The position numbers and the translations under genes are program-made. A model generated the notes under the pieces. That model searched no databases, was not told the origin of the DNA, and saw only the letters and a list, made by a program, of their open reading frames with translations. Shown in pieces: positions 1 through 14,000 of a stretch of 64,000 nt of DNA; positions within the stretch are counted from its first letter, which is position 1; the number at the start of each line of letters is the position of its first letter. The stretch comes from Macrostomum hystrix (taxonomy: Eukaryota > Animalia > Platyhelminthes): positions 4,464,001-4,528,000 of the forward strand of contig CATNEN010000029.1 in the NCBI GenBank assembly GCA_950097015.1, written 5' to 3'.

Positions 1-1896
1 TAAAAACGGTCGGCAAAATGGCTTGGTAGTCCTACTGTTAAATGAAGAATCATGAAATAAGAATATATTTGAAGCTGAGTAATACATTAAATGACAATGC
101 TTTCATTCCACCAAAACGTATGCCTAAAAAGTTTGCCGTAGGTTTTTTGTAAAATGCTACCTTTTTTTAAAATCTAATACTTCGTATGAGAAGTATTTCG
201 TTCCACCTATAAATTTTCAATTCGTGCATTATACTCGTAATATACGAGTATATGACTATTTATGACCTATTCCAAATTCCAAAAAATTAATTGATATTTA
301 ATTAGATTTACATACATTAGAGACACTCGCACAAAGAGTTGGAGGTATTTACCGCTACAATGCAACATTGCAGCACAATTTTCAGAAGAATTAAGTGTAT
401 CCCGGCTGTCCCTATCTATAAGTCAATAACAGATTTATCGCACTGGACTGAGATTCGCATATTAATGCTTAAGTCTTCCCCTCATTCTCCTCATTGGGTG
501 TGTGGTCCCACTGTGAGCTTTCACTGGAATCTATGAGAATGGGAGAATGCGGGGGGCGATCTGACGCCGCAGGCAGGCGTGAAATGTCCTGACAGGCCGT
601 GAGGATGGCCTTGCCTGGGATCTGCATGGGAGCTCAGATCGAGTGAGAGAAAATAACTTTGAAGTAGCGGAAGAGAATTCCTGGCCAATCCATTCATTGG
701 GCTCATTGAGCACATTGAGCACAAGAAACCGAGCAGCTATTCCAGACAAATGGGGGCCATCAATCAAGGCTGATCCAATGGGAGCGGACTTGTGCGATAA
801 GGTGCAAGCGCATGCAGTTAAGAGTAGGCATTGAAGAGTCAAACTTTGTCTATTTTAATATCATTTTATTGCATAGAATGTTTATGAATGTGCTTATCTA
901 TATCAATGTTATTCTTAGTAGCTCGTAGTATTTGTACTTTTACGTAGTATTCCATACTTTGTTTTTATCTGACATACGCGTATATTAATTAGCTTAACAG
1001 CCCATGATGTGATAGAAATACTCGTACAACTCAGTGATCTATAAACCCATTGTATTTTCGTTACGCGTAACCTCACCAAGCTCCATATGCAATGTCCTTA
1101 GAGTCTCCTCTTTTTCTCTATGTCTCACTCCCTCTTTGAAAGTAATTCATTTCAAGTGAAGTTCCTGTTTCCGCCAACGAGTAGGTCTCTAGCACATAGC
1201 AGGCCAATCACTTTGCTAGTATTCATCTGCCTGATTGATCAGAGTTATTTGAATTAGCTTATTATGCTGCTTGCTTGCTTTCACCTGCCTGGTTTTCTCC
1301 TGATCAAAGTAGCGGATTATAAGGCGAAATAGTTTATTGAACTAGCGACATCGATTCTATAGCTATTGTTGGCTGTGCTCCGATCATCGATCACCCATGC
1401 TGGACTGAGCACTGAGCTTCTGTATGGCTATGGCTTGCACGGGACCTAAATGCGTGTACAGCCCCTACGTAAAAGGGGACTTAGATAAAATGGATATATT
1501 TTAGGCAGGGAAAACTGTACTTTGATTCTAATAACGAAATATGCGGTAAAGATAGGACTCAAAGAGATGCTGCTGCAGATACGTTAATCGATGAAAAGAA
1601 ATGCATAATGCCTGATTGAAAATTTCTTCCTGCTCATGCAAAAGGTACATACGCTCTAAAACAATGCATATTTTTTACCTGTCTTCATACTGAAGACGAT
1701 TTTGTTTGTCGCCACGAAATGAATTAAATGCTTAAGGATGAAATCTGAGCTTCACACCAGGAGCTTTAGTTTATCCAGGTGTGTTGTACACAAATTTATT
1801 TTGCTCTGCGCGCGCACAATCAACTATTTCTCATCACCAGCTCGGAATATGCATTACCAAGTCCTACGGCTCATGCGTATCTCAGTCACTGTAACT

Positions 1897-2245
1897 GTGA
1901 AGCTAACAGTCAACTGCAACATCGAGCCTGACAAATACCCACTGCCCCCGGATCGACGAACTTATCGCTAAGCTGGCAGGCGGGAAAGCTAAGCTCGACT
2001 TTTCTCAGCCCTACTCCTAGACTCCCAGATGCCGCTCGATGACGCTGCTCAGCAAATCTACACGATCAAAACCTTCGAAAGGGCCTGCTGTGTTACACTG
2101 GCCAACCGTTCGGCGGTTGTCGGTATCTTCTAGTGGTACATGGACAGCCTGCTACAGTTCATTCCGCAGGTTGCCAGGTTCATTGACTATTTGATCATAA
2201 TTACTGCTGTTGACAACGAGAGCCACTGTAAACTTAACGCCCTTG
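1897..2245 (+). mobile_element. Degenerate Ty3/Gypsy LTR-retrotransposon reverse transcriptase fragment
   Basis: Joining frames by hand gives KLTVNCNIEPDKYPLP/RIDELIAKLAGGKAKLDFSQPYS*.../LDDAAQQIYTIKT...VVGIF*WYMDSLLQFIPQVARFIDYLIIITAVDNESH. This follows the Gypsy RT pattern YPLPRIEDL..L.GG..F.KLDL..AY.Q..LD......TI.T...FQ..MD.LL..IP.V..YxDD. Frameshifts, TAG stops at 2018 and 2131, and YxDD decayed to FIDY show it is dead. No LTRs found. Confidence 0.75.
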
Positions 2246-5084
2246 GTGCGAGAAGCAAGCACGTGAAGCGCTCTGAGTGTGATACAATGCCAATATAACA
2301 GCAGCTAGGAGTACTTAGTAAACTAACAACCGACTAAAAAGGCAAGATATATCTACTGTAGATAGGCAAGAATTAAGGATATGTCTCTAGATAGAATACT
2401 ATATATACCGTGAGGAATAGTCAACGAGACAACAATTACAATTTTTCCCTAACAAACTATCTGAAAAACACTCGGGAAATTTAAGCGCTAAAAATCATGT
2501 ATAAAATGGTCAGAATATAACTCCTCTATTTTTTTTCGGATATGCACCATGCGATCGACCTATTTTGCGTAAATAATTTGCTTATTATGGAGATATCATG
2601 CATTGTGGATCCTTATTTCCAGTGAGAGTGAATATCTGATAGAGAAAAAGCAAATAGTTTCTTAGCCTATAAAAAATGGTGAGAGGACCTCTATAGCAAT
2701 CGCTTATCAGGCAAGATAGGCAAGTTTTGTACGCTCAAGTGTTGTATGTACGCACAAGTGTTGTACGCTCAGTGTTGTACGCTCACTATTTTATGTGACG
2801 CAACACGAAATTAAAATAGAAATGAAAAAATTGTTCGGGATGAAACTCATATGTATAGTATAACAAGTCTACAACGAAATCTAGATTTTTCATCATATTT
2901 GAATTTGAATGGATTCAATATTTACTCATGAAATTATATATCAACAAACGCTTAGATCACTAGACATTTAGCTAATCTGTCCATTTTAAGCCAATATTCC
3001 TAGAACTATTCTTGACATTAGTAATGTTTGCAAACTATGTCAAAGCTTAGAAAGAAGTTGGACCAGTAAATTAATAAAAGCAGTCTTAATTTGTCTTTAT
3101 TTTAATTTGAATACGTTATAATTGTTTCTTTGGTCTTATAGGTCTTATAGACTTATAGATTCATGTTATAAATTTTAGAATTATCCCATACTTCTAATAA
3201 ATAGTTTACCTGTAGCATTGTACAATTTTTATTTTGGCTATAGCTCTTTATATACTTAATTTATTTACTAGGCCCTAAAGCGTTTATTAAGAAAGAGGCC
3301 TATAGATGGTTAGCAATTCTAAGCCAAAATATTAATTCTTGTGAATGTTGTTTTTCAAGAAACAAACACAATTAATTGATTATTATGAAGATTTGCAATT
3401 AACAGTCATAGTCATATTACTGAAATTCTAGGCCTATTGAAAATCCTGTCAACTGTATCTTACTTTTATTAGCAAGATGACCAAGGACTTTTATGCTCAT
3501 TAATGAATCAAGCAAGTGCTTAGTGTCTGAGTACTTACTAAAATAAAAATATTATTAAGGCACTAGGCAGTCTAACCTAAATGCTTATGCTTTCTATTTA
3601 GGCCTTATGAACAAAGTAGATCCAATAAGGCAATCTTCTTACCAATAATAAATTGCTTAGTCCCCAAATCGATATTGTCCCTTTTTTAGAAATAAACAGC
3701 TAGCTAAGCTATGGATGATGTATTTGATTGGATCACTGAGTGACCACAAGTCCACAACAAATGGCATATCCAAAGGGGAGGTTGGAGATATTCACTCTTT
3801 TGTCATTTGCTTTTTTTCCTTCTAAATTTCCTAAGAGTGAATGAGCTGCAGCATCAAAGTCATGATGTAGGGCCAAAACAAAATTTTTATCTCCCCAAAA
3901 CAAAGTCCTGGTTATGTACTGGTGATTGACAAAGGTTGTCAAAGTATAAGATTGTAGTTATTGTAGTATATATAAATAAACAAGCTAGCTTAGAATTTTG
4001 CTAGCTAAATAAATGTTAATTTTAATGCATTTGTTGGAATATTGGCAAAAACAGAGTGTACACAATATAGGGGTAGTATTAAATGTCTGGCAAGCCTGTC
4101 TAGTTTTACCAAGATGTCAGTTTAAATATTAACTAAGAATTGTGCAAAGGAGAATAAAAAAGTAAATCACTGCAAATGTGATCCTCAAAGCCTGAAAAGC
4201 CTGTTAAAAAAATGACAGACACATGTCTGAAAAATGTGATTGATTCTAATTATACAATGCTAATGTTAGTTGAATTAACAAACAAACAAGGGACTATTGC
4301 TAAACCTAAGATTTTGTAGGTTAACATTGCAAGTATGTAGGACTAAAAAAATCTAGCTACTTTACTAATAAGCCCACTCATCATACTTAGGGCCTTGTGC
4401 CAACGACTCATAATAACACCTTATCTAAACATTGATATATGCTAAGACATGCACATATAGATATTGGCCTAGAATATTTATCACTCTGAAAGTATATGTT
4501 AAAAGTAAAAATACATTTTATTAAAAATTCAAAAAATTAGGGAACTAAACATTTTAGAAAGTTAAGAAATATTAAGGAATGTTAATAAATTTAACTTACA
4601 TAAATAGTCACTCAATGAATTGATAAGTCACTATTAAAAGTTAAGCTTGAAATTAACTAGTATTTTGTTGCATATTTTCCTAATATAGTTTAATGCTATT
4701 TTATTGCCATTGTAAAAAAACTAGAATCTGAATCTGGCAACTTGAATCTGAGTTGAACAAAGGGTATTTGCCTAGTAACTCAAATATTAGTCCATTCCAT
4801 ACCATATAATTAAAAAAGTCAACCTAAATGCATGAAAAATTTGTTTAATGAGTATAAATTCAACTAGCTTACTTATTAAGAGCTTGTATGGTTAAGATTC
4901 AAGAAATTTTATTCTTAAATATTTTTTCCTCATTTAGTTTAATAATGTGTGACAAGCATTTACCATAAGACATGTTACAATTGTGAAGCAAATACAAAGC
5001 AGTTATAGAATTTTTGTTATGCTTACTATATTTAGGCTGTATAAATATCTACTATACCTTAAGATGTTAAACTATGCAGTCCGC

Positions 5085-8000
5085 ATGTACGAGTCCTGGG
5101 AGAGCTTACGTCAGCGCATTTACCAGCGATTTCGCAACACAGCAGATCATGTCTGGCAGCGCTCTGTTCTGCATGCCTTCCCGCCCGAGGTTGGCCGTCA
5201 GGTGGCGTCCAGCGTTGTCAAAAGCCTTTACGAAAGTGTTATTAATCGCGGAAATACAGTCTGCTTGGATACAGAGCAGGAGGTCCGCTGGACTATGGAG
5301 GCCATCTGTTATGGCCTAACGATGCCATTTAGCCGAACTGGTCCTTCTGACATTGAAGACACTGTTAGCCGTGCTAGCAGGGTCTACTGTCACTGGCTGG
5401 GCATCATGCTGCTGCCAGAGAATGAACTACGCGACGACGCCAGCATTCCTCGCATGCTGAAGGAGGATCCTAATTTGTACTGTCGCAGAATGCTGACCCA
5501 TCTGTTTAATGTGTTTGTACCGCGGCGGGACATTGTCGGCGGCGCTGGCGGTATAGGGCGGTCAGCAGCCGCCTGGGGGACCTCTCAGCCGTCGCTATCT
5601 TCGGCGCCAATCGATCGAGGCGGTAGCGGCGGCGGAGGCGGCCTCGCTAGCGGCGGCGGAAGCATTGCCGGCAGCGGCAGCATCGGTGGCGGCCTTGGGG
5701 CTAGCTCCGGCGCCACAGACGACGGACTTCGCTATCAGCTGACTGCGTGCAAGAATGTACTAACCAAGTGCCAGGAGATTACCGAAAAGTCCAAGATTAT
5801 CACGCCGGAAACCTGGGAGACTGTACTAGAGTTTCTTCTCATTGTCAATGATGTCATCCTGACGGAGCCGAGGGATACCAAAGAGCAGAGTGAGTTGCAC
5901 CTGCCCATCTGTGCTTCTTTTTCTCATTGCGACTATCACGATTTTGATATCTTTAGTTGCAGATATTTATCGCTAGTAAAGTTGACTTGACAAACTATTT
6001 GCATTTTTAGGTATATGATACTTGACTTTTTTATAATTTCACTATCTCAACAATGGAAAGACTACGCTATTCCCCCCCTGGGAAAAGACCATGGTGATAT
6101 TTCAACTTCAATTTCACCCACTGCCTACTTCACGATAGCTCCCAAACGAATAGATTTTCGTGAAAGTCCGTCCTTTGGATCAAAGTTTTCCGCCCTTCAC
6201 AATGCCGACATAAATTCATGATGAAATTTTGTGAGCAAACAAATTTAGCTTTTGTTGGTGATATTTGCCACCAGACGCCGCGACGAGAATCTTTGTATAT
6301 CTCGACGATGACGATGTGTAATATTTGGTGAATATTTTAGTCTTTCTACTGTTAATGCTATAAGATAGATCACTTATAACCATAAAGAAATGAATTGATA
6401 TAATGTAAACCGCCACACGGTAGCAGCGCTTGCCCTGCGTCAGCACTCGCTGGAGGAATCGAAGCGTTCCAAGAGCTCAGCGCACGCATTGAAAGAGTCT
6501 CTGGCGGAAGGTAGCTCATTATTTTCAGCTCTCTGCTAAATGCTCACTACATTAGCACACTACATTTGTTCTTTTTCTCTGTAATGTCCATTTTGTGAAT
6601 TTTTCGCTAAAAACTGCCTGCACTACCCTATTTTGGCGTTGTGATCAGCTCAGGGACCCATTATTGTAATTCTTGGCGTCAGTTAACTGTATTTTGTTTG
6701 AATTTGCACGAATTTATTGATTTTTTAGTCCTTTTTGATTGCTAGTTATTTATAGTTGCAGGCTAACTAATAAGATATTGGCAGCACACTCTCACGCATT
6801 TGCCTCTCGCACCAAGGTCCCTGAGCTCGATTCCGCGGCGAGGCCACATTCATTTGGGGCGCAGCCGCGAAGAGAGCTCGGGGCTGGTCGTGCAATCTGT
6901 GCACTTGAGGGCCAACCTCCTAGGCACAGTGAGAGTGTACACTGCCTGACCATGAGAAAGTCAGTGCAGATGTACACACCTGTGTGCGTGTATTTAGAAG
7001 TGAGCGGAATCGGCACAATTCGCTGGCTGCGGGTCTAGTGTCGCCAATTAATATGCCAGTGCTCACAGACCTCCAGAGAATGTAAGCAAAATTATTTGGC
7101 CGGTTAGCTGTAGTATATAAAAATGCTTTGAATATTGTTGTACCAAATTTTTAAGTCCAATTTTCTCGATTGACTAATTAAAAGACATTTAAGCAAGAAA
7201 AGCCAGAAAAAGTTATACTTTACAGGGACTTTTGTAATGGCAATAATAAATAAGTGTTTTTACTTAGACCAAAGATCAATGCAACTTAGTAAGTAATTAT
7301 ACTAAATTTAACATACCTTTTTGCACTCGTTTTAACCTAACCTTTCCATTCATTTTAACCTAAATTAAAATGGTTTCCCATACACCAAGACAAATAGCGT
7401 GCATTATTATTATTTAGTATTTAGTCAATATAGTTTCTGGAAATAGTTTTTTTGTTTAATTACTAATGCATACAATGCTAGTTTAAGTAGCGCATTTGAT
7501 ACCTACACAGTACTGGAGATTTAATTAGGGCATTCGAAAATAGGTCCTATTTTCTGCAAACATTACTTAGCTATTAGACACGCCTACAAATATGCACCTA
7601 GAGTGTTTTGTAATTCTGTGTTTGCAAGTTTTTCTTTCGTAATTTAATTTAGATTGTCTGTTACTTCTAGTATTTTCTGTGTTCAGACTGTTTTGTAGTG
7701 CATTGCTTCAGTAAGCATGCTAGCTACCAAATATGCTAAGGTATGAGATAACTTAGATAATCTGTGCTGTTAGCTCTTTCAAAATTTTCCTTACGTATGT
7801 CATCGAACGAACGAACTTTAGGTTTTTAGTCCATTGGGTCATTGGTCACTAACACAAACCGAAGGCTTAATAACAATATGGTTTTATAGTTTAAAAACGT
7901 CTCAGCTTAAAATTAGCATTTGGGGTAACTCCTTTCTCATCTCTACCGTATCTCATCTCTTTTTCTCTTCCTTGTTTCATATCTCCCCGGTCTCATTTCT

Positions 8001-11000
8001 CCCCTGACCCACCTCTCCTTGTGTAATCTCTCCCTGCTCCATCTCTCCGTCCTATCTCTCATTTTATCATTTCACCTGTCTCATCTCTCCCTGTCTCATC
8101 TCTCCCTGTCTCATCTCCCCCTGTCTCATCTCTCCCCTGTCTCATCTCTCCCCTGTCTCATCTCCCCCTGTCTCATCTCTCCCCTGTCTCATCTCTCCCC
8201 TGTCTTATCTCTCCCCTGTCCTATTTCTCCCCTGTCTCATCTCTCCCCTGTCTCATCTCTCCCCTGTCTCATCTCTCCCCTGTCCTATTTCTCGCCTGTC
8301 TCATCTCTCCCCTGTCCTATTTCTCCCCTGTCTCATCTCTCCCCTGTCTCATCTCTCCCCTGTCCTATTTCTCCCCTGTCTCATCTCTCCTCTGTCTTAT
8401 CTCCCCATGTCTCATCTCTCCCCTGTCTCATCTCTCCCCTGTCTCATCTCTCCCCGGTCTCATCTCCCCCTGTCTCATCTCTCCCTGTCTCATCTCTCCC
8501 CTGTCTCATCTCCCCCCTGTCTCATCTCTCCCCTGTCTCATCTCTCCCCTGTCTCATCCCTCCCATGTCTTATCTCCCCATGTCTCATCTCTCCCATGTC
8601 TCATCTCTCTCTGTCTTATCTCTCCCTGTCACACTAGTCCGTGAAAACTCATGTGTGGTGTGGGACCAACAGATAACAAAGTTGTCGATAAAATCGTAGT
8701 TAAAATTTCAATCTCAAATGAGATGTTAGTGCGAGTGCTCTACACTCCTATTCTCTATTCTCTCCTAAATTGATCACATGATACAGACCACTGGGCTGAG
8801 CAATGCAAGCGCGTCATTGACGTGCTCATGCGCACCTGGCTACTAGCCTGCCGCAGTCATTTTCCTCGGCCGCCGCTGTGGAAGACCTTCCGCGAGCTCC
8901 TAGTCGGCTGGCGGCATCACGAGGAGGTGGCCGTCAAATGGGGTGAGGCGGTGCGCGAACTCACCGAGTCGTTGCTAGGCGCCAAGCGGTCGCCTCACCT
9001 ACTGCTGCATTGGGACCTTGGCCAGGAGACTATTCGCCAGGCCTGGTTCCGAGTGCTCCATCTCATGCCCAGTCCGGCCGACCTATGCTCCGCGGCGTCT
9101 CCTGCAGCATTGTCCGCCTCCGCCGCCGTTGGAGCCTCGTCCGTTGATTTACTGCCGTCGGCGGCGTCAGCCGGCACTCGTCGGCAGCAGCTGGCCGACG
9201 ATTCGGCCGCCAGGAGTCGCCAGTTGCCGGCCATCTTTCATCAGCTTGTTCTCGTCCTATCAGACACTGCCGGCCAGTTGCTCAACGCCAGACGGCAACA
9301 GCAGAGGCCGCACGGCAATTCCCTGCTTCACCTGCTCGGCGCTTGGCTGTTCGACTGTGCCGCAGTGACTGATCTGGAATATAAGCAGGGCAGGGCCGAG
9401 GCCTGCGGCTGCCTCTGCCGGGTGTTCTCCAACTGCCGGCCCGATTTCCTGCCCGTCTATCTTGCTAGGTGGGTCTCATGCTTAATGCTCATGCTGCATA
9501 AAACTGTCCTGTCCGTGGACTGGGGGCTGTCAAATATCTACCCTAGCAAAAGCTTTTTCCCATTCGATGGGATTCCGATGATCGATTCCCGAACAACGAT
9601 GTTTTTATAAATAATGATTACGTTTCATACACATAACTCGCAATGTATCAATGTTCCATCTGCAATTAAAACGTCACAGATTCTACACTACTCTGTTCAA
9701 CGCATTGGAGCCACCAACTCAGCCACTTCTAGTGACTACAGTGGTCTATCACTCGCAAGGCCTGCTGTCTGCCGGTCTTGAAGGAGTGCACGTACTTTTG
9801 CCTAGCTTTTTCAGAGCTGTGCACTATATACTAAAGGTGAGGCTGCTGGCTCTGTATTTAGATAAAGAGGTGTTTAACATGATATTTTAAGATTTAGATG
9901 CCCTCCTAAGTGCCCTCTACCTGGAACCCACCAACCCCCAACCGCCCAGCAGGACCCTCTGGGCAACCTGCCAACCACTGTCGCCAGCGCCGTCGAGTTG
10001 CAGAGATCTGCGGTGCGCCTCTTGCTGTCCATGATCGCCCTGCCGAATCACTTCGGCCAATCCGAGATTCTCCACCCGTTGGACTCTCACGCCCAGACGC
10101 GAACTTTCCTATCGCTTCGTCAGGACATTGTTGTTCTGTTGCTCGATACCCTTCTATTCCTGCGTGACTCTCATTGTGTACAGATGCTGCTGTGCGCCCT
10201 GCTGTGCATTGCGGAAGATTTGGCCAGTTATGAGAATCTGGTACATAGCGACGAGTCGTGTACTGATAATGCCACAGTTCGTGCACCATCAAAACCGCCA
10301 GGTACGCTTGTAACTTAAATTGTTGCTAACAACTGAACTCCTATAATCTATTTTTAATAAGTCTGGCTTGCAGTATTTTCAAAATAGAACTTCAAAACTT
10401 GAACTCATAATCCGCCGACTATACTCAGACTCGGTTCAGATGCTGTTCAATCAGGCTGTTGCGGCTATTTGCAAGCGCCTCAATCTGGAGCCCGACTCTG
10501 CTCTAAAGATGGACTACGATACTACCCTGACTGCCTTGGACGTGTTAAGTCACCTTGCCCGACTTCCAGTTGGACATGTGAGCTTGCTTTAAAGTACTTT
10601 TTCTATACCGAGTGAAAATGTGATAGTGGGGTTGATAGTTGGCAATAACTGCACATTCAGTGTAATATATAAACGTTAATAGTAGTAGTCGTTTAGCTGT
10701 AGAAACACCACGGGGCTATTTTAAATACCCACAATAGCTCCGAAACCGAATTACTGATTTTCGTGAAAGCAAAAAAAAATTCGCCCTATACAATTACGAA
10801 CTTTCAAAGCATTCCAACGTCAGAATCCAACTACAATACAACTACAATCCAACTACCTACAATAATTTTGTGAAAAGTAGCAATCCGTGGTTTTTGCCAT
10901 CAGACACTTTGACGAGAATCTTTGAATATCTCTATGATGCCCATGGTTTGCAATTCTGGAAGCTGTTTCATCGGTTAGAGCAGAAAATTTTGGCCCATTT

Positions 11001-14000
11001 TCTGCATTGTCGTAGAAATTGTTTGAATCATTTGAACGATGCAGAAAAAGATAAATGTGTATCTGTTAATAGTTGAACATGTCTGATCTGTCGTACTAGA
11101 AGCCTCAGACATTTAGTTGTTTTAAAATATCCACATATGAGACACATTCGACTGTTACGAAAACATGCTTTATCTGGTTAAATATTATATTTTTCCTTTT
11201 ACAAAACTTATAAAGTTGCAATAACAAAAAGGCACATAAAAGTGATATTAAACATTTTATTATACGAGAACAGCATTCAAGTGTAATTATACTGGTACTG
11301 GCGTATACTTCGATCATGGTTGCAAAATCTTCGTATATTTTCGTCCTGTTCAACTATAATAGTAAGACTGTTAATTAATGATGACAACCAAAACTAGTTC
11401 CAGTGCAAAGTGTGCGTGGGGTTCCTAATTGCTAGTCTATTATACTAAAAACTCGATTTCCGTTCTTTGCTTATTCCGCAGTTATAGTTGAACTTTGCAG
11501 ATGAAAATTTTTAGTTAGTATTTATTGATGAGTACTTATTTGTTGCTGGAAGATTTCTTTGCTGTTTTAAGCCCCCGTGGCGAAGTTCTTTTCGATATTC
11601 CTCAAAGCCTGGCCAAATTATTTTTTACGTAGGGCTCATTCGGCAGTCAGTCTAATACGCACAATTTATTAAAGAACTGCATCCGCTGGCTGTGCGATTT
11701 CATCAGCAATCAGTGCGCCCAGCCGAGGCAGCAGCACTCGCGCTTCCTGCACTCCCAGATTGTGGCCACCTACGACTGCCTGTCCCAATGGGCACTGAAC
11801 TATCCCCGGCTGCTATTAGAAGACGACACGCTACTCTGCCTGTTGGACATTGTTGAGCTAGGCCTGTCCGGCTCCAAGTCGCGCACTGAGCATCGCGGCG
11901 AAGCCATCCGTCAAGAGCCCAAACGGGTTAAGCAGCGCAGCCCTCACTCGGCTAGGCTGGCCCAAGCGGCCGAGTGCCTACTGTCACTCATCATGTCCCA
12001 GGTGGGCGCCTTTCCGCCGCCTCTTGGGCCTCAAACAGCCTACGGCAGCCTGCTCACCGAGGATTCATTTCCGGATTGTCGGCGCAGGTGAGACTCATCT
12101 CTCAGTGTCTCATCTCTCCCGTATCTCATCTCTCCCGTGTCTCATCTCTCCCGTGTCTCATCTCTCCTGTGTCTCATCTCTCCAGTGTCTTATCATCCAG
12201 TTTCTCATCTCTCCAGTGTCTTATCATCCAGTTTCTCATCTCTCCAGTGTCTTATCATCCTGTGTCTCATCTCTCCAGTGTCTTATCATCCAGTTTCTCA
12301 TCTCTCCAGTGTCTTATCATCCAGTTTCTCATCTCTCCAGTGTCTTATCATCCTGTGTCTCATCTCTCCAGTGTCTTATCATCCAGTTTCTCATCTCTCC
12401 AGTGTCTTATCATCCAGTTTCTCATCTCTCCAGTGTCTTATCATCCAGTTTCTCATCTCTCCAGTGTCTTATCATCCAGTTTCTCATCTCCGTGTCTCAT
12501 CTCTTCACTGTCGTATTGATATTTTTATATTCTCTATTTTTGCGCTGAAGTTAAATAGGCTTGTATAAAAGACTCACTTACAATGTTCCTTCGGCCGCCC
12601 AGGTACCTGGCTTTGAACGGCTCGTTGATTCTCGCCGTCCTTGAGCCAAACAGCCCGAAGCGGACGCTGCCATCCGCGGTTGTGATTGTCCGCGGCCCGT
12701 TCGGCCGGCAGGTCTGGCAGGCCGACATGCGGGACGCTCCCAGGCCGCCTGATCTGCAGCTGCCGCCTGCAGCGCCGCATCCAGCGCGTCGACCGGCGCC
12801 CGACCCGTCGCTGCTGCCCTACTGGCGATACACCGAGGGCCGTCGGGCGCCGCCATATTTCCCACATGAGCCGCCCGGAGTGCCGACAGTTCGCGCCGAC
12901 GCCTCGGTGCCGACTCTGGCGTCGGTGACGCCGAACAGTGGCGAAGTGCTGCGCCTGATGGCTCAGGCTCGCGTGCCCGAGCGAATGCCCTGTGAGTTCT
13001 CGATTTTCTCGGCACCGCATTCTGTAATTATTTCTCTCTCCCGTGTCTCATCTCTCCCGTGTCTCATCTCTCCCGTGTCTCATCTCTCCCGTGTCTCATC
13101 TCGCCCGTGTCTCATCTCTCCCGTGTCTCATCTCTCCCGTGTATCATCTCTCCCGTGTCTTATCTCTCTCGTGTCTCATCTCTCCCGTGTCTTATCTCGC
13201 CCGTGTCTCATCTCTCCCGTGTCTCATCTCGCCCGTGTCTTATCTCTCCCGTGTCTCATCTCTCCCGTGTCTCATCTCTCCCGTGTATCATCTCTCCCGT
13301 GTCTTATCTCTCTCGTGTCTCATCTCTCCCGTGTCTTATCTCGCCCGTGTCTTATCTCTCCAGTGTCTCATCTCTCCCGTGTCTCATCTCTCCCGTGTCT
13401 CATCTCTCCCGTGTCTCATCTCTCTCGTGTGTCATCTCTCCCGTCAAATTTCTAGCGCAGTTGTAGAGTCGTTTAAAAATTGTCATTTACAACTCAAATT
13501 GCTGCTCCAAATGCTTTAAGGTCGACTTTATTTGTGAAAAAAAGTTTAATGGATATTTTTGACCAATCAGAGACTTTAGTAAAAATATAGTTTTGATGAT
13601 TTAAATTTCCTCGTGCCTTTCCCCTAGTTTTTTTACAATTATATTCTGTCAAAACGGCCCGTTTGAGGGCCACCTAAAATAGATTCGCGATCTAGTTAAA
13701 AAACTCGGACTCACACAGCAAAATCCTATTCATATTGTTCTCTGCAGGCCCAGACACTCCGCAGTGCCGGCCGCCTCCATCGGCCAAAGAATTTCAACCG
13801 GCCCGTCTAATCCTCACCCAACTTGGCCTGCTGGACACCGCCTGCACTCTGGACGTATCAACTCAGGAGTTCTTTGACCAGCTTAACGAACTGGACGGCC
13901 TGCCGGTTCGCAGTCTGCACCCGGCGGCCCTCTATTATGTGCCGCGTGGCGCCTGCGGCGGCGACCCTGATCGGCTACTGTCAGCCGGCGTTGCCACCTC

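Noticed and set aside
531-842. 103-aa minus-strand ORF and overlapping ORFs in a GC-richer patch
   Set aside because: No recognisable domain or consistent splice structure; possibly TE debris. Needs BLASTX.
3733-3942. 69-aa minus-strand ORF with an RRM-like VNISNLPF
   Set aside because: Single short motif, no second RNP motif, no convincing splice sites or partner exons.
6444-6510. AG...GT-flanked GC-rich stretch that could be an extra RALGAPB exon
   Set aside because: 67 nt would shift the frame, and exons 1 and 2 already join in phase and match the family without it.
11395-11470. Possible Helitron junction (…ttgCTAG|TCtattatactaaaa…)
   Set aside because: No clear hairpin before the CTAG and no matching second terminus found.
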